Source of the DNA: Oligoflexus sp.
Lineage (GTDB): Bacteria; Bdellovibrionota_B; Oligoflexia; Oligoflexales; Oligoflexaceae
DNA length: 64,000 nucleotides
Direction: 5' to 3'
Assembly (NCBI GenBank): GCA_041736305.1
Contig: JBGSTX010000074.1
Coordinates: 1 to 64,000 of the forward strand
How positions within the stretch are numbered: the stretch's first letter is position 1; each line of letters opens with the position of its first letter. The notes under the pieces are model-generated. The model was given only the letters and a program-made list of their open reading frames with translations. It searched no databases and was not told the DNA's origin. Shown one piece after another: positions 48,607-59,106 of the stretch. The translations under genes were made by a program, and so were the position numbers.

Positions 48607-49800
48607 TTACTCGATAATCTCAGCAACAACACCAGCACCTACTGTACGGCCACCTTCACGGACAGCGAAGCGGAGCTCCTTGTCCATCGCGATCGGTTGA
48701 ATCAATTCAACTTCGATATCGATGTTGTCACCAGGCATAACCATCTCAACGTTGTCTGGCAACTTGATGGAGCCGGTTACGTCAGTCGTACGGAAGTAGA
48801 ACTGAGGACGGTAGCCTTTGAAGAATGGAGTGTGACGTCCGCCTTCTTCTTTGGTCAAAACGTAGATCGACGCTTTGAAACGCTTATGAGGCGTGATCGA
48901 ACCTGGCTTAGCCAAAACCTGACCGCGCATAACGTCTTCCCGCTTGGTGCCGCGAAGAAGAATCCCGACGTTATCACCAGCGCGACCTTCGTCGAGAAGC
49001 TTTCTGAACATTTCGACGCCAGTACAGATCGTCTTTTGCGTTTCTTTCAGACCGACGATTTCCATTTCTTCGCCGACCTTGACGATACCGCGCTCGATAC
49101 GACCAGTGACAACAGTACCGCGACCTGAGATCGAAAACACGTCTTCGATAGGCATCAGGAACGGACGATCGACTGGGCGCTCAGGAAGAGGGATATACTC
49201 GTCGCAAGCTTTGATGAGCTCGACAACTTTTTGAGCCCACTTGTCGGTTGCAACACTGGCTTCCAGAGCTCTAAGAGCGGAACCGCGGATGATTGGAGTT
49301 TCGTCGCCAGAGAACTTGTAAGCAGCGAGAAGCTCACGAACTTCCATCTCGACAAGGTCAAGAAGTTCTTCATCATCAACCATGTCGCACTTGTTCATGA
49401 AAACGACGATCTGAGGCACACCAACCTGACGAGCCAGGAGAATATGCTCCCGAGTCTGAGGCATAGGGCCATCAGCCGCGCTTACGACCAAAATCGCGCC
49501 ATCCATCTGTGCAGCACCGGTGATCATGTTCTTCACATAGTCAGCGTGACCTGGACAGTCGACGTGTGCATAGTGACGATTTGCGGAGCTGTACTCAACG
49601 TGTGAAGTCGAGATCGTGATTCCACGAGCTTTTTCTTCAGGGGCGTTGTCGATCTCGTCGAAAGCCTTCGCTACGCCGCCGTATGCTAGCGCCATGACTT
49701 TGGTGATAGCCGCGGTTAGAGTCGTTTTACCATGGTCAACGTGGCCTATGGTGCCGATGTTCACGTGGGGTTTATTGCGTTCGAACTTTTCTTTTGCCAT
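48607..49800 (-). CDS. tuf: Elongation factor Tu
   Basis: [21 protein letters not shown]. Confidence 0.99.
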   Translation of the reverse strand: MAKEKFERNKPHVNIGTIGHVDHGKTTLTAAITKVMALAYGGVAKAFDEIDNAPEEKARGITISTSHVEYSSANRHYAHVDCPGHADYVKNMITGAAQMDGAILVVSAADGPMPQTREHILLARQVGVPQIVVFMNKCDMVDDEELLDLVEMEVRELLAAYKFSGDETPIIRGSALRALEASVATDKWAQKVVELIKACDEYIPLPERPVDRPFLMPIEDVFSISGRGTVVTGRIERGIVKVGEEMEIVGLKETQKTICTGVEMFRKLLDEGRAGDNVGILLRGTKREDVMRGQVLAKPGSITPHKRFKASIYVLTKEEGGRHTPFFKGYRPQFYFRTTDVTGSIKLPDNVEMVMPGDNIDIEVELIQPIAMDKELRFAVREGGRTVGAGVVAEIIE

Positions 49801-49910
49801 TTTTTCCTCCCGCTAACGGCTGCAAGCGAAGTAAATCTTCTTATAATATCTTCTGATCTTAAATGATTCATAGCAGAGACTAGTCGACATCTCGTGCTTT
49901 GAGGCATGAA

Positions 49911-49986
49911 TGGAGCCCTGAACGGGAATCGAACCCGTGACCTCGTCCTTACCAAGGACGTGCTCTACCAACTGAGCCATCAGGGC
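49911..49986 (-). tRNA. tRNA-Thr(GGT)
   Basis: GCCCTGA...TCAGGGC-TCCA, loop TTGGTAA. Confidence 0.96.
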
Positions 49987-50132
49987 ATACTTGCGATCTA
50001 GACCCCGACCTCTTTACCACATTGTTGACCCTGTGAGAGGGTTTTTAGCTCCTCACAACATTCTCGTCAACCTATGTCTTCATCGCTAGCCTCCTCGCAA
50101 GAGACCCGCGCTATTAATAACGGGTTCAAGGA

Positions 50133-50209
50133 TGGAGCGGGAAACGGGATTCGAACCCGCGACCCTTAGCTTGGAAGGCTAATGCTCTAGCCAGCTGAGC
50201 TACTCCCGC
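50133..50209 (-). tRNA. tRNA-Gly(TCC)
   Basis: GCGGGAG...TTCCCGC-TCCA, loop CTTCCAA. Confidence 0.96.
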
Positions 50210-50240
50210 TTACCTTTGCCCGGCGAACCGGTGAAGAAAC

Positions 50241-50325
50241 TGGTGGAGGGAGGTGGATTCGAACCACCGTAGGCTAAGCCAACAGATTTACAGTCTGCCC
50301 CCTTTAGCCACTCGGGCATCCCTCC
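50241..50325 (-). tRNA. tRNA-Tyr(GTA)
   Basis: GGAGGGA...TCCCTCC-ACCA, loop CTGTAAA, long variable arm. Confidence 0.96.
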
Positions 50326-50373
50326 AATGTCGCACATAAGCACAAGGAGCTTACATACATTTAAAACAGCAGA

Positions 50374-50449
50374 TGGAGCTGGTGATGGGACTTGAACCCG
50401 CAACCTGCTGATTACAAGTCAGCTGCTCTACCAATTGAGCTACACCAGC
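50374..50449 (-). tRNA. tRNA-Thr(TGT)
   Basis: GCTGGTG...CACCAGC-TCCA, loop CTTGTAA. Confidence 0.95.
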
Positions 50450-50543
50450 AACTGCCTCGTCGGACTTTAAACCATGAAAAATGTTTAGCGTCTCGAGCGT
50501 TAGAGTGAATTACACTCTGTGCTTTGTACCTGTCAAGTGAAAG

Positions 50544-51341
50544 CTAGCCTTCAAAAGTTTTTTGCGTTTGGTTGAAGCGCTGATGGAGAGCATGAATCAA
50601 GATGCCTGCAGCTACCGAAACATTGAGCGATTCGAGATTTCCTGCTGGGGAGGGAATAGATACTTTGAGATCGCATCGCTTCAGGATATTAGCGCCAACA
50701 CCTCGTTCCTCGGAACCCAGCACTAGGACGACCTTATCGAATGACTGTGGCAACGAGTTGACCGCCGTGCCGTCCATGTCGGCCGCAAGAATCCAGTAAC
50801 CGGCCCCTTTGAGTCTTTCGAGCGCGCGCATCAGATTTGTAACAATCACCGGCTCGATCCAGGCAAATGCCCCTTGAGCTGCGCCTAAGGTGGCGGTGGT
50901 AATAGGTGCCTGTCGATCTTTCGGCAGCAGCAGGTGACGACATCCAAAAAAAGCCGCGCTACGAGCGATGGCTCCTAGATTTCTTGTATCCGTGATATGG
51001 TCGCAAGCGACAATAATGTCACGCCGACAGCTCTGACTGCGCTCGAAGAAAGTCTCCTCATCAAGTTCGACAATCTTAACCTTAGCGCTAAGTCCCTCCG
51101 AGGCTTGCGGATTGACTTTTGCCGTTACGGGTTTAGAAAGTGAGTATTTTTCAAAGAGTGCATGGAGGCGCTTTTCTTCGCTAGCGGCGTAGCTGATCTG
51201 CTCTAAAGCAGAGGGGCGTGCTCTTAAATATTCTTCCAGAGCCGACCAACTGCTGATAACGAGACCGCCCCCGTCTTCCTTATGGGTGCGGCGAGGGCGG
51301 TTTTTTGATTGAGCTTCAGAGGGAAATGTTTTCTTGATCAC
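50544..51341 (-). CDS. TrmH/SpoU (RlmB-like) RNA 2'-O-methyltransferase
   Basis: DTRNLGAIARSA, VLGSEERG, ESLNVSVAAGI. Confidence 0.88.
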   Translation of the reverse strand: MIKKTFPSEAQSKNRPRRTHKEDGGGLVISSWSALEEYLRARPSALEQISYAASEEKRLHALFEKYSLSKPVTAKVNPQASEGLSAKVKIVELDEETFFERSQSCRRDIIVACDHITDTRNLGAIARSAAFFGCRHLLLPKDRQAPITTATLGAAQGAFAWIEPVIVTNLMRALERLKGAGYWILAADMDGTAVNSLPQSFDKVVLVLGSEERGVGANILKRCDLKVSIPSPAGNLESLNVSVAAGILIHALHQRFNQTQKTFEG

Positions 51342-52576
51342 ACAATCATTTTCTGAAAGGTTCGTTTGATGTCCCAGCCTTTACCGCCAGGCAGCAAATC
51401 ACCAATCAATTGTAAAAGGAAGAGCACAAGCGCCTGTATCTCTTTCGCCATCTGTTGAGTCTGCCTCTGGCTCGTATGAGCTTTTGCATAGATACTAACG
51501 ACGGACTCTAAGGGTATAGACCCATCAGTAGATACGAAGATCGGCGATCGCGAAAAGCTATACTGCTGTTCGAGAAAGAGTTCAATATCGAGGAGAGGAA
51601 AATATAGCCCTTCTTGAGTAAAAGCTTTTTTGGCGCCATCAAGTACGAGATGATATGCGTCTATTTGGCTCTTTATGACTTTCAGTTGGCCACCTTCAAA
51701 ATGCCTCAAATTCGCGTCAAACCCGTCGATCTCCAAGGCGTGTCGATGAACCAAGTTGAAGAGAGCGCACATAGAATTGAGCCTGGTGAGTTTTGAATGA
51801 TTCAAAAAATCCTCAACGGAGCTATTGGTGATCGCCAGTTCGACCGTATCCCCGAGAAATGTACCTGCGACTGCGTTGAGCCTTTCACAGACTGACTCCA
51901 CCTTCTGAACACGACCATTGACATCAATTTTCTTATGAAAGTGTTCGACCATGCATGCATAGGCCTGGCAGTCATCAATGAGTTCATAAGTAGGCAAATC
52001 CATATTGACGAGGGTCGAGGAAGCTTCCAAACCTTCCTGAATCTGCAGGTACAATTGGTTTTGGAGAAAAAGAGACTGAAAGATGCTATAAACTTGAAGC
52101 TTTAGAGCCTGCCACAACTGGCCAGTCGTGAAGACTCGATTTTCGAGCAGAACCTTGCCGAATTTTGTTGTTCGCGTCACCTGTACGGCCGCTTCGGCCA
52201 GTTGATCGAGAGTAATAAGCCCCGCTCGATAGATGACCTCACCTAGGCGATCGTCCATCAAGGTCGAAGCCGCAAATACCAGTTCGCCGTTTCGCAAATA
52301 GAGGCGCTTGAAGCAATTGCCGAGGTCGATGGAAAGGACTCCATCGAATCGCTCCTGATGAAGTCCATAGATCAGTCCAGCAAAAGCTTTCCGACTGAAC
52401 TGCCCGAAGCCCGACTCGTCGCCACGCATGGCTGCCGGCCTCTCACTCCTGTCGACTATGAGACGTGAGCGACCGAGTTCACGGACCTGCCAATCACTGT
52501 GCTGACGAATGACTTCACCAGTAAGTAGCTGACCTTCTTCGACAGATTTGATTTGCAAGCCGGCATCGTCTGCCAT
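51338..52576 (-). CDS. DUF4388/PATAN-like domain protein with MshEN-like motifs
   Basis: GVLSI...KRLYLRNGELVFAAS, then RLGEVIYRAGLIT and KFGKVLLENRVFT. Confidence 0.7.
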   Translation of the reverse strand: MADDAGLQIKSVEEGQLLTGEVIRQHSDWQVRELGRSRLIVDRSERPAAMRGDESGFGQFSRKAFAGLIYGLHQERFDGVLSIDLGNCFKRLYLRNGELVFAASTLMDDRLGEVIYRAGLITLDQLAEAAVQVTRTTKFGKVLLENRVFTTGQLWQALKLQVYSIFQSLFLQNQLYLQIQEGLEASSTLVNMDLPTYELIDDCQAYACMVEHFHKKIDVNGRVQKVESVCERLNAVAGTFLGDTVELAITNSSVEDFLNHSKLTRLNSMCALFNLVHRHALEIDGFDANLRHFEGGQLKVIKSQIDAYHLVLDGAKKAFTQEGLYFPLLDIELFLEQQYSFSRSPIFVSTDGSIPLESVVSIYAKAHTSQRQTQQMAKEIQALVLFLLQLIGDLLPGGKGWDIKRTFQKMIV

Positions 52577-52579
52577 GAT

Positions 52580-53968
52580 TTATCCCTTTTGCTTGGGCTC
52601 GATTCCGTAGAGTTTCATCTTTCTATGAAGATTGCTCCGTTCGAGCCCGATTGCTTCCGCAGTCTTAGTAATATTCCATTGGAATTCTTCTAGTTTACCG
52701 AGAAGGTAGGCTCTTTCAAAGTCTGTTTTTGCCTGCTTGAGAGTTGCTGCGGTCATAAATTCGAGGTTGGCGCTCTCCGTATTCTTCTCATCCATTCCTA
52801 AATGGTTTCTTAGGGTTTTGACATCTACGACCTCTGAGTCGGACATGATACAGAGCCTTTCGAGCAGATTTTTCAACTCCCGGATGTTCCCAGGCCACGG
52901 ATATTCCTTGAGGACTTTGGCTGCTTCGCTAGAAAACTGCTTTTGCTTTTCACCCAATTCAGCTGCCATGAGATGGAGAAAGTGGTCGGCCAGAACAAAG
53001 ATGTCATCACCACGCTCACGCAAGGGAGGCAACTGAAAGGGTACGACGTTGAGCCGATAAAAGAGATCCTCCCTGAAAAGTCCGACTTTGATAAGCTCCT
53101 TGAGGTCTTTGTTGGTCGCAGCCACCACTCGCACGTCGACGTGCATGGTTTCCGTGCTACCGACTCTTTCGTACTGCTGCTCCTGCAGAATACGTAAGAT
53201 CTTGGCCTGGGTTCGCAGCGACATGTCGCCTATTTCGTCAAGAAAGAGGGTCCCCTGATGAGCTAACTCAAACTTACCTTTCTTCTGGCTCACGGCATTG
53301 GTAAACGCGCCTTTAGCATGGCCAAAGAGCTCCGACTCGATCAACTCTTCAGGAATAGCCGCACAGTTGACCGCAACGAAGGGCCGGGTCGAGCGTGAGC
53401 TCTTCTCGTGAATGCTACGAGCCACAACTTCCTTACCTGTACCATTTTCTCCGGTTATGAGAATCCAGGCGTTGCGTGGAGCCACCATCTGAATCTGCCG
53501 CTTAATCTGGAGGATATTGGGCGCAAGACCGATCAGCTCTGGAACAGTCGCCTGCCGACTTCTTTCCTCGAGTCGACTGCGGATTTCACGAGCGTGTTCC
53601 ATCAGAGGAAATATTTTTTCGAGGGACAAAGGTTTTTCCAGATAATCGAAAGCCCCGAGCTTAGTTGCTCGCACGGCAGTTTCGATCGAACCATGCCCAC
53701 TCATGATAACGACCGGAATCTTCGCGTTGTGTTGCCGCATTTTTTGCAAAGTATCAATGCCGTCCATGCCGGGCATCCAGACATCCAAGAGTACAAGGTC
53801 CGGCTCACGCTTCAAAAAAAGTTGAAGTCCGATCTTGCCATTTTCAGCTGTTACAGTCTGCCAACCTTCATCATCGAAGACATCAGCCAGAGTCTTCCGA
53901 ATCTTATCTTCGTCATCCACGATCAACGCGAGAAGCGCGTCATGTGGAATTTTGGAATGATCAACCAT
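52580..53968 (-). CDS. ntrX: sigma54-dependent response regulator, NtrX-like
   Basis: REC (LLDVWMP, SGHG), AAA+ (GENGTGKE, GAFTNA), C-terminal HTH; downstream of an NtrY-like kinase. Confidence 0.85.
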   Translation of the reverse strand: MVDHSKIPHDALLALIVDDEDKIRKTLADVFDDEGWQTVTAENGKIGLQLFLKREPDLVLLDVWMPGMDGIDTLQKMRQHNAKIPVVIMSGHGSIETAVRATKLGAFDYLEKPLSLEKIFPLMEHAREIRSRLEERSRQATVPELIGLAPNILQIKRQIQMVAPRNAWILITGENGTGKEVVARSIHEKSSRSTRPFVAVNCAAIPEELIESELFGHAKGAFTNAVSQKKGKFELAHQGTLFLDEIGDMSLRTQAKILRILQEQQYERVGSTETMHVDVRVVAATNKDLKELIKVGLFREDLFYRLNVVPFQLPPLRERGDDIFVLADHFLHLMAAELGEKQKQFSSEAAKVLKEYPWPGNIRELKNLLERLCIMSDSEVVDVKTLRNHLGMDEKNTESANLEFMTAATLKQAKTDFERAYLLGKLEEFQWNITKTAEAIGLERSNLHRKMKLYGIEPKQKG

Positions 53969-56261
53969 AGCCTGGCACCCTTTTCGCAGTTTTAGACTCA
54001 TCCAGTGGAAGTTCAATCACGATAATTGTACCAATGGGTTGGTTGTCAACGATACGCAGGTAGCCTCCGTGATCGGTGATAATCTGGTTCACTATCGCCA
54101 AACCCAGGCCGGTTCCTTCTTTTTTGGTCGAAAAGTAGGGTTCGAGAACCCTTTGTTTCAGATGATCAGGGATGCCGCAGCCATTGTCGGCGATTTCGAG
54201 CCTCACGACATTGTAGTCTTCGAGTATTCGTGTTCTTATGGTGACGACACCGCGTTCTCGCTCTTCAGGAATAGAAGCGATCGAATTGCTCACTATGTTG
54301 GTAACCGCACGGACCATGTGCTCACGGTCCAGCGGAATAGGCGGCAGGTCCTGAGCGAGCTCTCCGACTTCAAAATCTACCCGGCTATAACTCATGCTAA
54401 AAAGGCTGACCACCTGTAGCAAGATGCCGTTCAGGTCTTCCGCTTTGGTCTTGACGGAAGGTAGGCGAGCGAACTTTGAGAATTCGTTGACCAAATCTCG
54501 GAGAGCATCGACTTCGGAAATGATGGTTTCTATGCAGGTGACGAAGACTTGATGATCTTTGCCGTGAAACTGATCGCCAAATCGTCTCAATAGTCGCTGT
54601 GCGCTGATTTTGATGGGAGTAATGGGGTTCTTAATCTCGTGAGCAATCCGACGAGCGACCTCCCGCCAAGCAGCAACTCGCTGAGCTTTGACCTGCTCAC
54701 TAGCATCGTCAAAGACCACGATTATACCGAGATCCTCGCCTTCTTCGTCCAGTATCCGCGTGGCATCCGCCAGTAGGGTAAGATCTCGACCGGTCTCCGA
54801 GAGATCAATTTCGCCGCTGAAAGACCCCACCTGCACTCGCTCCGCAATAGGCTTCCAGAAGATTTCTACAACACTGGGCTCCAGGGCTTCTTCGATAGGC
54901 TTCCAAAGGCAGGTGGCTGCTTCAATATTGAGCAGGCGCTCTGCGGCTCTGTTTACCGAAGCCATTTGACCTTTGGCATCCACGGAAATAACCCCGGCGT
55001 TGATATTCCGCAGGACTACCTCCATATACTTCCGCCTTCGGTCGAGTTCCTCATTTGTATTCTCAAGCTGACGGGTGAAAACTGCAACTTTCGCTGCATG
55101 TTCCCTTAGATCGCTGGTCATGCTGTTGAAAGCCAGCATCAGCTGACCAGTTTCGTCATCAGACTTTACCTCAAGGCTTATGCCATAGTTGCCAGCCGCT
55201 ACTTGCCGCGTCGCATCGGCAAGCCTCTGAATAGGAGCTATGATGCCCCGTGCTACGTAGAAGCCGAGCCATATAGCGGAAAAGCCGATGATGACGACCA
55301 TGAGAACGAGCAGGATCACATAGCTAAGACGAATTAACTCGGCGCCAGGCTTGAGACTCGCGAAATCCTGAATAATGGATTCTACGCTCTGGAGAATCTG
55401 GGTCTCGAAACGTTCTTCAAGGATAATGAGGCCCAGCAGGCGGCGATCCTTCGGCGAAACTATCGGTGCGACTCCGCGAACGATGTCCCGTCCTTCGTCG
55501 GCATCTATAATCGCGCGGGAGATCATCGTCGGATTCTGCTGAAATCGCTGCATCGCATGAATCGCAAAGCGCAGCTCACGATTGGACGGCAGAGTCTTCA
55601 CAGACTCATTATGCCAAATAAGATTGGCATCTTGATCATAAACCCGAACGCTTGAAACGCGATATTCTCGGGCGAAATTTTTCAGACGACTTGCGTTGAT
55701 GCTTTGCACGTCTTCGATATCAAAAGGCCCAGAGTCGGGGAAGTCAATTCTCTGCAGGGCGAGGCGAGCCAGTTGTCCAAGGCGACGTTGGTCTCTATCG
55801 TAGACCATGGCTCCCGCTTCCCGAGTCCGATGCATCGTCGCTTCAACTCGGGAAGAAAACCAGGTCTCGAAACTCTCGGTTAAGAAACGGGTCGAGATAT
55901 AAAACAGTAAAGCCGTCGGAGCCACAGCGAAAAAGACGAGTGCAATTACAAGTTTGGTTCGAAGCTTCGACCCAATCACTCCGTGTCGGCGATCGATGAC
56001 CAATTTCACGATATTACGGAAGAGGAGAAACGAGAGAATAAGGATCAGGACAACATTGACGTTAATAAGGCCGAAATAGACGAGAGAATTTAGAAATTCC
56101 TGATGCTGAGCCAAGGCTTTACTTAGGTCAAAGAGGCGCCCTTCAAGTCGAGAAAGAGCTACAAAGACCAGAGCAACGCCTAGCATTGCTATCACTTCTA
56201 GAAGGCGGCGTCGCTCTTCCCGGGAGCCGAGTGAGAGCCATTTTGTCCAGTTACTACTCAA
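53961..56261 (-). CDS. ntrY: Sensor histidine kinase, NtrY-like (TM, HAMP, PAS, HisKA, HATPase)
   Basis: GSKLRTKLV, AAWREVARRIAHEIKNP, DNGCG, GTGLGL; TTG start after AAAGGAGGT. Confidence 0.87.
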   Translation of the reverse strand: MSSNWTKWLSLGSREERRRLLEVIAMLGVALVFVALSRLEGRLFDLSKALAQHQEFLNSLVYFGLINVNVVLILILSFLLFRNIVKLVIDRRHGVIGSKLRTKLVIALVFFAVAPTALLFYISTRFLTESFETWFSSRVEATMHRTREAGAMVYDRDQRRLGQLARLALQRIDFPDSGPFDIEDVQSINASRLKNFAREYRVSSVRVYDQDANLIWHNESVKTLPSNRELRFAIHAMQRFQQNPTMISRAIIDADEGRDIVRGVAPIVSPKDRRLLGLIILEERFETQILQSVESIIQDFASLKPGAELIRLSYVILLVLMVVIIGFSAIWLGFYVARGIIAPIQRLADATRQVAAGNYGISLEVKSDDETGQLMLAFNSMTSDLREHAAKVAVFTRQLENTNEELDRRRKYMEVVLRNINAGVISVDAKGQMASVNRAAERLLNIEAATCLWKPIEEALEPSVVEIFWKPIAERVQVGSFSGEIDLSETGRDLTLLADATRILDEEGEDLGIIVVFDDASEQVKAQRVAAWREVARRIAHEIKNPITPIKISAQRLLRRFGDQFHGKDHQVFVTCIETIISEVDALRDLVNEFSKFARLPSVKTKAEDLNGILLQVVSLFSMSYSRVDFEVGELAQDLPPIPLDREHMVRAVTNIVSNSIASIPEERERGVVTIRTRILEDYNVVRLEIADNGCGIPDHLKQRVLEPYFSTKKEGTGLGLAIVNQIITDHGGYLRIVDNQPIGTIIVIELPLDESKTAKRVPGYG

Positions 56262-56387
56262 GCCTCGCCTACCTCCTTTGAATTCCAAGAAGCTGTCTTC
56301 TTCCAGGGATAGCAAGGCGCGAGGAAGAAAAAAACCAGAGTTTTCGAGAGTTAGATTGAACTCGAACTTTCTCAGCTAGCAAGCTGT

Positions 56388-57062
56388 TCAAGGCTTAACT
56401 AAGAGCGAAACTCTGCCAAAAGGCAAATTTTGGTAAGAAAGCTCGAGTTCCACTTGTCGTATCCCAGCCAACTTCTTTTCTTCTTTAAACCGAACCTGAG
56501 CCTCCTGATTGAGACGAGGATGATTGGTACGAATCTCCTTCACCTTAATTTGGTCACTAGGTTTAAGCTCCAGAGTTTGTCCAGCCAGGACTGTTCGCAA
56601 CTGATCGTTTACTTCGATGGCGACCGAGTGCAGGGTCGGTTCAATTATGTGGATCCTGATATCGCCATGGCTAGTACCAGCCGTCAGTGCTTCGATGCGA
56701 TATTCGCGGCCTTTCTTGTCACGAGACCACTCTTTTTTTAAAAGTTTGGTGTCAATGCTCAGATCGCGATCGTCACCTTTACGAGCCAAATTTTTCTGCC
56801 AGAAGCCGACGAAATTGATGAGATCTGGGCTTCGCGAACTTTTTTGAAGGGTCGCGTAGAGGAGACGGAGCTGATCACCACGAATCAATTCAAGCACGCT
56901 CCCTTGGGGAATTTCCTTTGGTTCGCTGCCATTTACTGCCACCCCAATGACAGAAAGGCGCGGAACGGTGACAGCCCGAACTTCGCTACTATAGCCATAG
57001 CCCCAGCAAAGCCAGAGAGAGCAAGACATCTTATAAAAAAAGCGTTTGAACTTAAGCGGCAT
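56388..57062 (-). CDS. Hypothetical exported beta-rich protein
   Basis: 224-aa ORF with GAGGG-like SD and signal-like N-terminus. Confidence 0.6.
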   Translation of the reverse strand: MPLKFKRFFYKMSCSLWLCWGYGYSSEVRAVTVPRLSVIGVAVNGSEPKEIPQGSVLELIRGDQLRLLYATLQKSSRSPDLINFVGFWQKNLARKGDDRDLSIDTKLLKKEWSRDKKGREYRIEALTAGTSHGDIRIHIIEPTLHSVAIEVNDQLRTVLAGQTLELKPSDQIKVKEIRTNHPRLNQEAQVRFKEEKKLAGIRQVELELSYQNLPFGRVSLLVKP

Positions 57063-57265
57063 GAAGTACTCTCACCCTCGGGTAAGTGAACGTCGAAGAA
57101 GACAAGAAAGGGAAAAAATCTTGCCAAAGAGACGCGACGCTCGTACGTTTGTCTAACTCAGCACAGGAGAGCGAAAAGCTCAGGAGGCACTCGCTCGATC
57201 GATAGAATCAGGAACATAGGGCTGAATATTCTTGAAGAATAACACAACTCGCAAAAGATGTCCCC

Positions 57266-58162
57266 ATGACCATAGTTCAGAATCAAGATCTCTTGCAGCA
57301 GTTTCAGGCAGCCTTGCGCGCGAAGAATCGTCAGCCTTCGACTGTCGAATCGTATAGCCGCGATGCTCAGGACTTTCTGCGATTCCTTGAGCACAGTGGA
57401 CTTGCTATCCGCGCCGTAGAACCAGAAACTCTGCTTTGGTTTCGAGATCACCTGCATTCGATCCAAGAGGCTGAGAATTCGGTGAGACGGAAAGTAATTG
57501 GAGTACGACAATTCTATCGGTTTTTAGTCGATGAACGCGTTATCAACGATTCACCCTTTGACTCTGTCCCCCTACCAGAACGTGATGAAAGTCTCCGGAA
57601 AGCGGTTCAGGAAAGTGCCCTTGAGCGCATGCTTGAGTTGCTCCCGAGCACCAGCCTCAAACAAGCACGCGATCGCGCTATCTTGCATTTGCTAGGCTTT
57701 GAAGGCATAAAGGCTCATGAACTTATTCTGCTGAACTGGACTGATCACTTGCAGTCAAAGGGCCTAACGACTCTGAGTATACCTGGCAATAAAGGGCGGA
57801 CGATCGCTCTATCGCATGAAAGTGCCGCGAGTCTTGAAGTATATGCCCAACGCTTCGAGTCGTGGCGGGGCCGGCAAGATACTGACTCGCAGGCGCGCTT
57901 CCAGCGGATATTCGTTGCCTTCAAAGGCAAAGATAGCCCCCTCGTTCTGCCTGCTATGACCCGACATGGACTTAAGTTCATGCTGCACGAACTAGGCGAA
58001 CGCTTTGAACTCAAGCAGCTCCATACTGAAAGCTTGCGCCATCACGCGATTCAATTCCAGCTTGCTAGCGGTAAAAGCGCAGAGGAAGTGATGGCCCATC
58101 TCGGTCTTCGGCGCCTAGGCAATGTAGGCAAGCATCTTGCCCAAAGTCGGATGGCACCGTGA
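57266..58162 (+). CDS. XerC/XerD-like tyrosine recombinase fold protein lacking catalytic residues
   Basis: STVESYSRD, SVRRKVIGVRQFYRFL, RDRAIL, LRH; catalytic R, H, H and Y substituted. Confidence 0.8.
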   Translation: MTIVQNQDLLQQFQAALRAKNRQPSTVESYSRDAQDFLRFLEHSGLAIRAVEPETLLWFRDHLHSIQEAENSVRRKVIGVRQFYRFLVDERVINDSPFDSVPLPERDESLRKAVQESALERMLELLPSTSLKQARDRAILHLLGFEGIKAHELILLNWTDHLQSKGLTTLSIPGNKGRTIALSHESAASLEVYAQRFESWRGRQDTDSQARFQRIFVAFKGKDSPLVLPAMTRHGLKFMLHELGERFELKQLHTESLRHHAIQFQLASGKSAEEVMAHLGLRRLGNVGKHLAQSRMAP

Positions 58163-58650
58163 GCGAAGACGTGGCTACGGACGACTTAGTCTGGATGAAA
58201 ATGGCTCTCTCCCTTGCAAGAAGTGCGATCCACCTTGGAGAAGTTCCCGTTGGCGCCGTCTTAGTCAGAGATGGTCAGATAGTAAGCACTGGCCTCAACC
58301 TTCGGGAGACTTGGCAAGTCCCGAGCGCTCACGCAGAATTCATCGCCATTGAACGAGCTGCGAACTACTTAGGTCGTTGGAGGCTCCACGATTGTCAACT
58401 CTACGTGACTCTCGAACCTTGCCTCATGTGTGCTGGAGCCATCTACCAGGCGAGACTACGTCGTGTGGTTTATGGGGCTTTCGACCCTAAAGGGGGAGCC
58501 CTTGGAAGTCTTTATCGGGTTCACGAGGACCAGCGCCTCAATCATCGCTACGAAGTTTGCGGGGGTTGTCTCGAAGCCGATTCTGCACGACTCCTCAGTA
58601 GCTTTTTTTCGAAGCGACGTGCTCTGCAGAAAATAAAGCCAGAAATCTGA
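58159..58650 (+). CDS. tadA: tRNA adenosine(34) deaminase
   Basis: GEVPVGAV, AHAE, LYVTLEPCLMC, GAFDPKGG, FF..RR. Confidence 0.93.
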   Translation: MSEDVATDDLVWMKMALSLARSAIHLGEVPVGAVLVRDGQIVSTGLNLRETWQVPSAHAEFIAIERAANYLGRWRLHDCQLYVTLEPCLMCAGAIYQARLRRVVYGAFDPKGGALGSLYRVHEDQRLNHRYEVCGGCLEADSARLLSSFFSKRRALQKIKPEI

Positions 58651-58735
58651 GTTTCAAAGCTTTCGGCTGGTACCAGAAAAAAATATCGCTTAAATTCCAG
58701 CCGAGCCTGGAACGCATCTATCTCAAGGAGCCGCT

Positions 58736-59098
58736 ATGTCTTACGATTTTTATAAGTTGATCCACTTTCTCGGTATCTTCCTGGTATTTTCTGCTCTCGG
58801 TGGCCAATTTGTTCAAGCACTCAATGGAGGGGATCCCCGTCTGGCTCCTGCACGCAAGTGGATTGGAATGTTTCACGGTATCGGTCTCGTCCTGATCCTT
58901 GTCGCTGGCTTCGGGATGCTGGCTAAGGCTCAGCTGCCCATTCAGGGTTGGACGATAACTAAACTACTCATTTGGCTAATATTGGGCGGAGTGGGTGCGA
59001 TTGCCGCAAAGAAACGTTCTGCCGCCGGAGCCCTGTGGGTTGCAGCCATTTTGCTTGGAGTGATTTCTGCATACATGGCTCACTACAAACCCTTTTGA
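58736..59098 (+). CDS. Small 4-TM membrane protein
   Basis: YKLIH, HGIG, TKLLIW, C-terminal KPF; AAGGAG SD. Confidence 0.8.
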   Translation: MSYDFYKLIHFLGIFLVFSALGGQFVQALNGGDPRLAPARKWIGMFHGIGLVLILVAGFGMLAKAQLPIQGWTITKLLIWLILGGVGAIAAKKRSAAGALWVAAILLGVISAYMAHYKPF

Positions 59099-59106
59099 AC
59101 CCTACC

